Below are positions 36,020 to 37,212 of a DNA stretch of 37,212 bases, in pieces. The stretch is from NCBI GenBank assembly GCA_043776855.1, contig JAYVQV010000074.1, positions 1-37,212 on the forward strand, written 5' to 3'. Origin of the DNA: Limisphaerales bacterium. Lineage in GTDB: Bacteria; Verrucomicrobiota; Verrucomicrobiia; Limisphaerales; UBA11358. The notes below the pieces were generated by a model, which was given only the letters and a program-made list of their open reading frames with translations, was not told the DNA's origin and did no database searches. Every line of letters begins with the position of its first letter. Within the stretch, counting starts at the first letter, position 1. The position numbers and the translations under genes were made by a program.

Positions 36020-36078
36020 AGCCGCTGCGGACGCTGCTGAAATTATCAACCGCGAATTTCCTACTTGGGAATTTGGAA

Positions 36079-37212
36079 TTAACGCAATTCAGGATGCCCC
36101 GCGCGCAGGTCATCCAACTGCTCCTTCGCCCGCGAAAAATCCGGACGCGCACGGACGGCGTTGCTGAAACAATACACCGCGTTCGTCCAGCTTTGCTGCT
36201 TGGCGAAAAAAACGCCGAGGTTGAACTGCACGTCCGCATTGCGCGGCTCCAGCGCGGCGGCGGCCTGCAAATGCTGGAGCGCGCCCGCCTTGTCATTGAA
36301 GGCCAGCAGCATCATCGCGTAATTGAACTGGCTTTGCGGAAAACGCGGCTCCGTCTCCACCGCGCTTTTGTAAAGCACCAGCGCGTGCGTGGCGTCGCCG
36401 CTTTTTTCGTAGGCCTTGCCCAGACAATTCGCCGCGACGTAATTATCCGTCGTCACCTCCAGCGCGTGCCGGAACAGGCTGATGCTGTCGCGCCAGTGAT
36501 TTAGTTGCAACGGCGTGGTCAGCACGCAACCGAGCAATGCCATCCCAGCCAGCGTCGTGCAGAAAATTTTTCCTCGCGGGTGCTTGGAAAACATTTCCGC
36601 CACGCCCCACACCACCACGATGAACAATCCGATGCCCGGCAGATAAGTGTAGCGATCCGCCATGGACTGCGCGCCGACCTGCACGAAACCAATCGTCGGC
36701 ACGAGCGTGCCGAGAAACCAGAACCAGCCCGCCGCCAGCCACGGCCGCGAGCGCAGCACCAGCACCGCCAGCACGGTCATCACCCCGACCAGCAGCACCG
36801 AGCCGATGACCGCCAGCACCGGCCAGTGATAGACATACGGATAAACCAGCGAGAGATTTTCCGGCCAGAACGTTTTGGAAACGTAGCGCGCATACGTCAC
36901 CGGCACATTGGCGAGCCGGTAATACCATTCCACCGGGCTCACCGCGCCGCCGCCGCGCTGCGCCAGAAACGTCCCGACGCAACTGGCGAAGGCGAGCGCG
37001 AAGAACGGAAGTTTCTCAAGCAAAAGCGGAAAGCGGAAAGCGGAAAGCGGAAATCTTTCCAGCCACGGCGTTTTCACATTCTTCATTCTACATTCTACAT
37101 TCTTCATTCTTTGCAGCGGCCACACGTCCAGCAGCAGCAAAACAAACGGCAGCGTTACCGCCATCGGCTTGCTCATCAGCGCGCACGCGAAAAAGAACAG
37201 CGCCGATGCGTA
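36079..37212 (-). CDS. Membrane protein with a C-terminal TPR domain (GT39/PMT-like, TMTC/DUF1736-type). Only the C-terminal part is present; the 5' end lies beyond the right edge.
   Basis: The frame stays open upstream of the track's ATG (37176) to the window end (..YASALFFFACAL-MSKPMAVTLPFVLLLLDVWPL). Several hydrophobic helices are followed by TPR-like repeats (NCLGKAYEKSGDATHALVLYKSAVETEP..., NYAMMLLAFNDKAGALQHLQAAAALEP..., NLGVFFAKQQSWTNAVYCFSNAVRARP). Confidence 0.75.
   Translation of the reverse strand, partial: YASALFFFACALMSKPMAVTLPFVLLLLDVWPLQRMKNVECRMKNVKTPWLERFPLSAFRFPLLLEKLPFFALAFASCVGTFLAQRGGGAVSPVEWYYRLANVPVTYARYVSKTFWPENLSLVYPYVYHWPVLAVIGSVLLVGVMTVLAVLVLRSRPWLAAGWFWFLGTLVPTIGFVQVGAQSMADRYTYLPGIGLFIVVVWGVAEMFSKHPRGKIFCTTLAGMALLGCVLTTPLQLNHWRDSISLFRHALEVTTDNYVAANCLGKAYEKSGDATHALVLYKSAVETEPRFPQSQFNYAMMLLAFNDKAGALQHLQAAAALEPRNADVQFNLGVFFAKQQSWTNAVYCFSNAVRARPDFSRAKEQLDDLRAGHPELR
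37023..37053 (-). repeat. Heptanucleotide tandem repeat (AAAGCGG) x4.4 inside the coding sequence
   Basis: Perfect copies lie at 37023-29, 37030-36, 37037-43 and 37044-50, followed by a partial AAA. On the coding strand it encodes RFPLSAFRFPLL. Confidence 0.9.
37077..37111 (-). repeat. Heptanucleotide tandem repeat (CATTCTW) x5 inside the coding sequence
   Basis: The copies are CATTCTT, CATTCTA, CATTCTA, CATTCTT, CATTCTT, contiguous from 37077. The repeat is AT-rich in a GC-rich gene and encodes RMKNVECRMKNV. Confidence 0.9.

Larger units (their letters stand above)
35013..36040 (+). pseudogene. IS3-family transposase OrfB (rve/DDE integrase core), interrupted by an extra frameshift
   Basis: Frame 0 reads ...LLPKIQALHRQHKGRYGAPRIRQ and then NWQRKA-stop at 35268-35270. 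The expected continuation ELAAQGLKHGCKRIARLMRQAGL is in the -1 frame (one base back), with its first codon at 35249 sharing that base with the last frame-0 codon. This looks like a 1-nt deletion somewhere in ~35225-35250. DDE residues lie in IWVSDLTYV, HHNDRGVQYAS and GNPYDNAAMESF. The frame has no stop inside the element and ends 74 nt beyond the right inverted repeat. Confidence 0.75.

Noticed and set aside
35958-36296. 112-aa minus-strand ORF spanning the palindrome and the 3' end of the TPR gene.
   Set aside because: It overlaps the TPR gene in another frame and is Arg/Ser-rich. It includes the palindrome-derived ..PLPLEGRGIEGEG.. peptide typical of spurious calls.

Overview
This is a GC-rich bacterial chromosomal segment. 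The protein signatures look Verrucomicrobiota-like: a prepilin-type [25 protein letters not shown]-terminus, a giant autotransporter-associated beta-strand-repeat protein, and a LamG-heparinase fusion. That assignment is from recall; no search was run.

About 34 kb forms one carbohydrate-degradation island, built as two divergent gene blocks around 10.5-10.8 kb.

- Minus block: a 755-aa protein of unknown function, a GH78-like rhamnosidase, a GH43 remnant, a Pectate_lyase_3 beta-helix protein, a DUF5703/GH95-like protein, and an aldo/keto reductase that is truncated by the window edge and absent from the ORF track.
- Plus block: three diverged heparinase II/III-like lyase paralogs, a lone pseudopilin-like protein, two esterases, a TIM-barrel isomerase, a GH105/GH88-type unsaturated uronyl hydrolase, a XylR/AraC hybrid regulator, and a 1921-aa beta-strand-repeat surface protein.
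- Right end: a degenerate 1305-bp IS3-family element beside a GC-rich palindrome, and the 3' part of a GT39/TPR-type membrane protein gene that carries two heptanucleotide tandem repeats.

Main observations:

1. A conserved bipartite box with two CGCAA cores phased at exactly 21 nt occurs six times in the island's intergenic gaps. It is a candidate operator for the locus-encoded AraC-type regulator, and it ties the giant surface protein to the lyase genes.
2. Five plus-strand genes, including the pseudopilin, are joined by four consecutive ATGA start/stop overlaps.
3. The two largest secreted proteins share a C-terminal module ending in FYRL.

I saw no rRNA, tRNA or CRISPR array. All family assignments rest on motifs recognised by eye, not on database searches.
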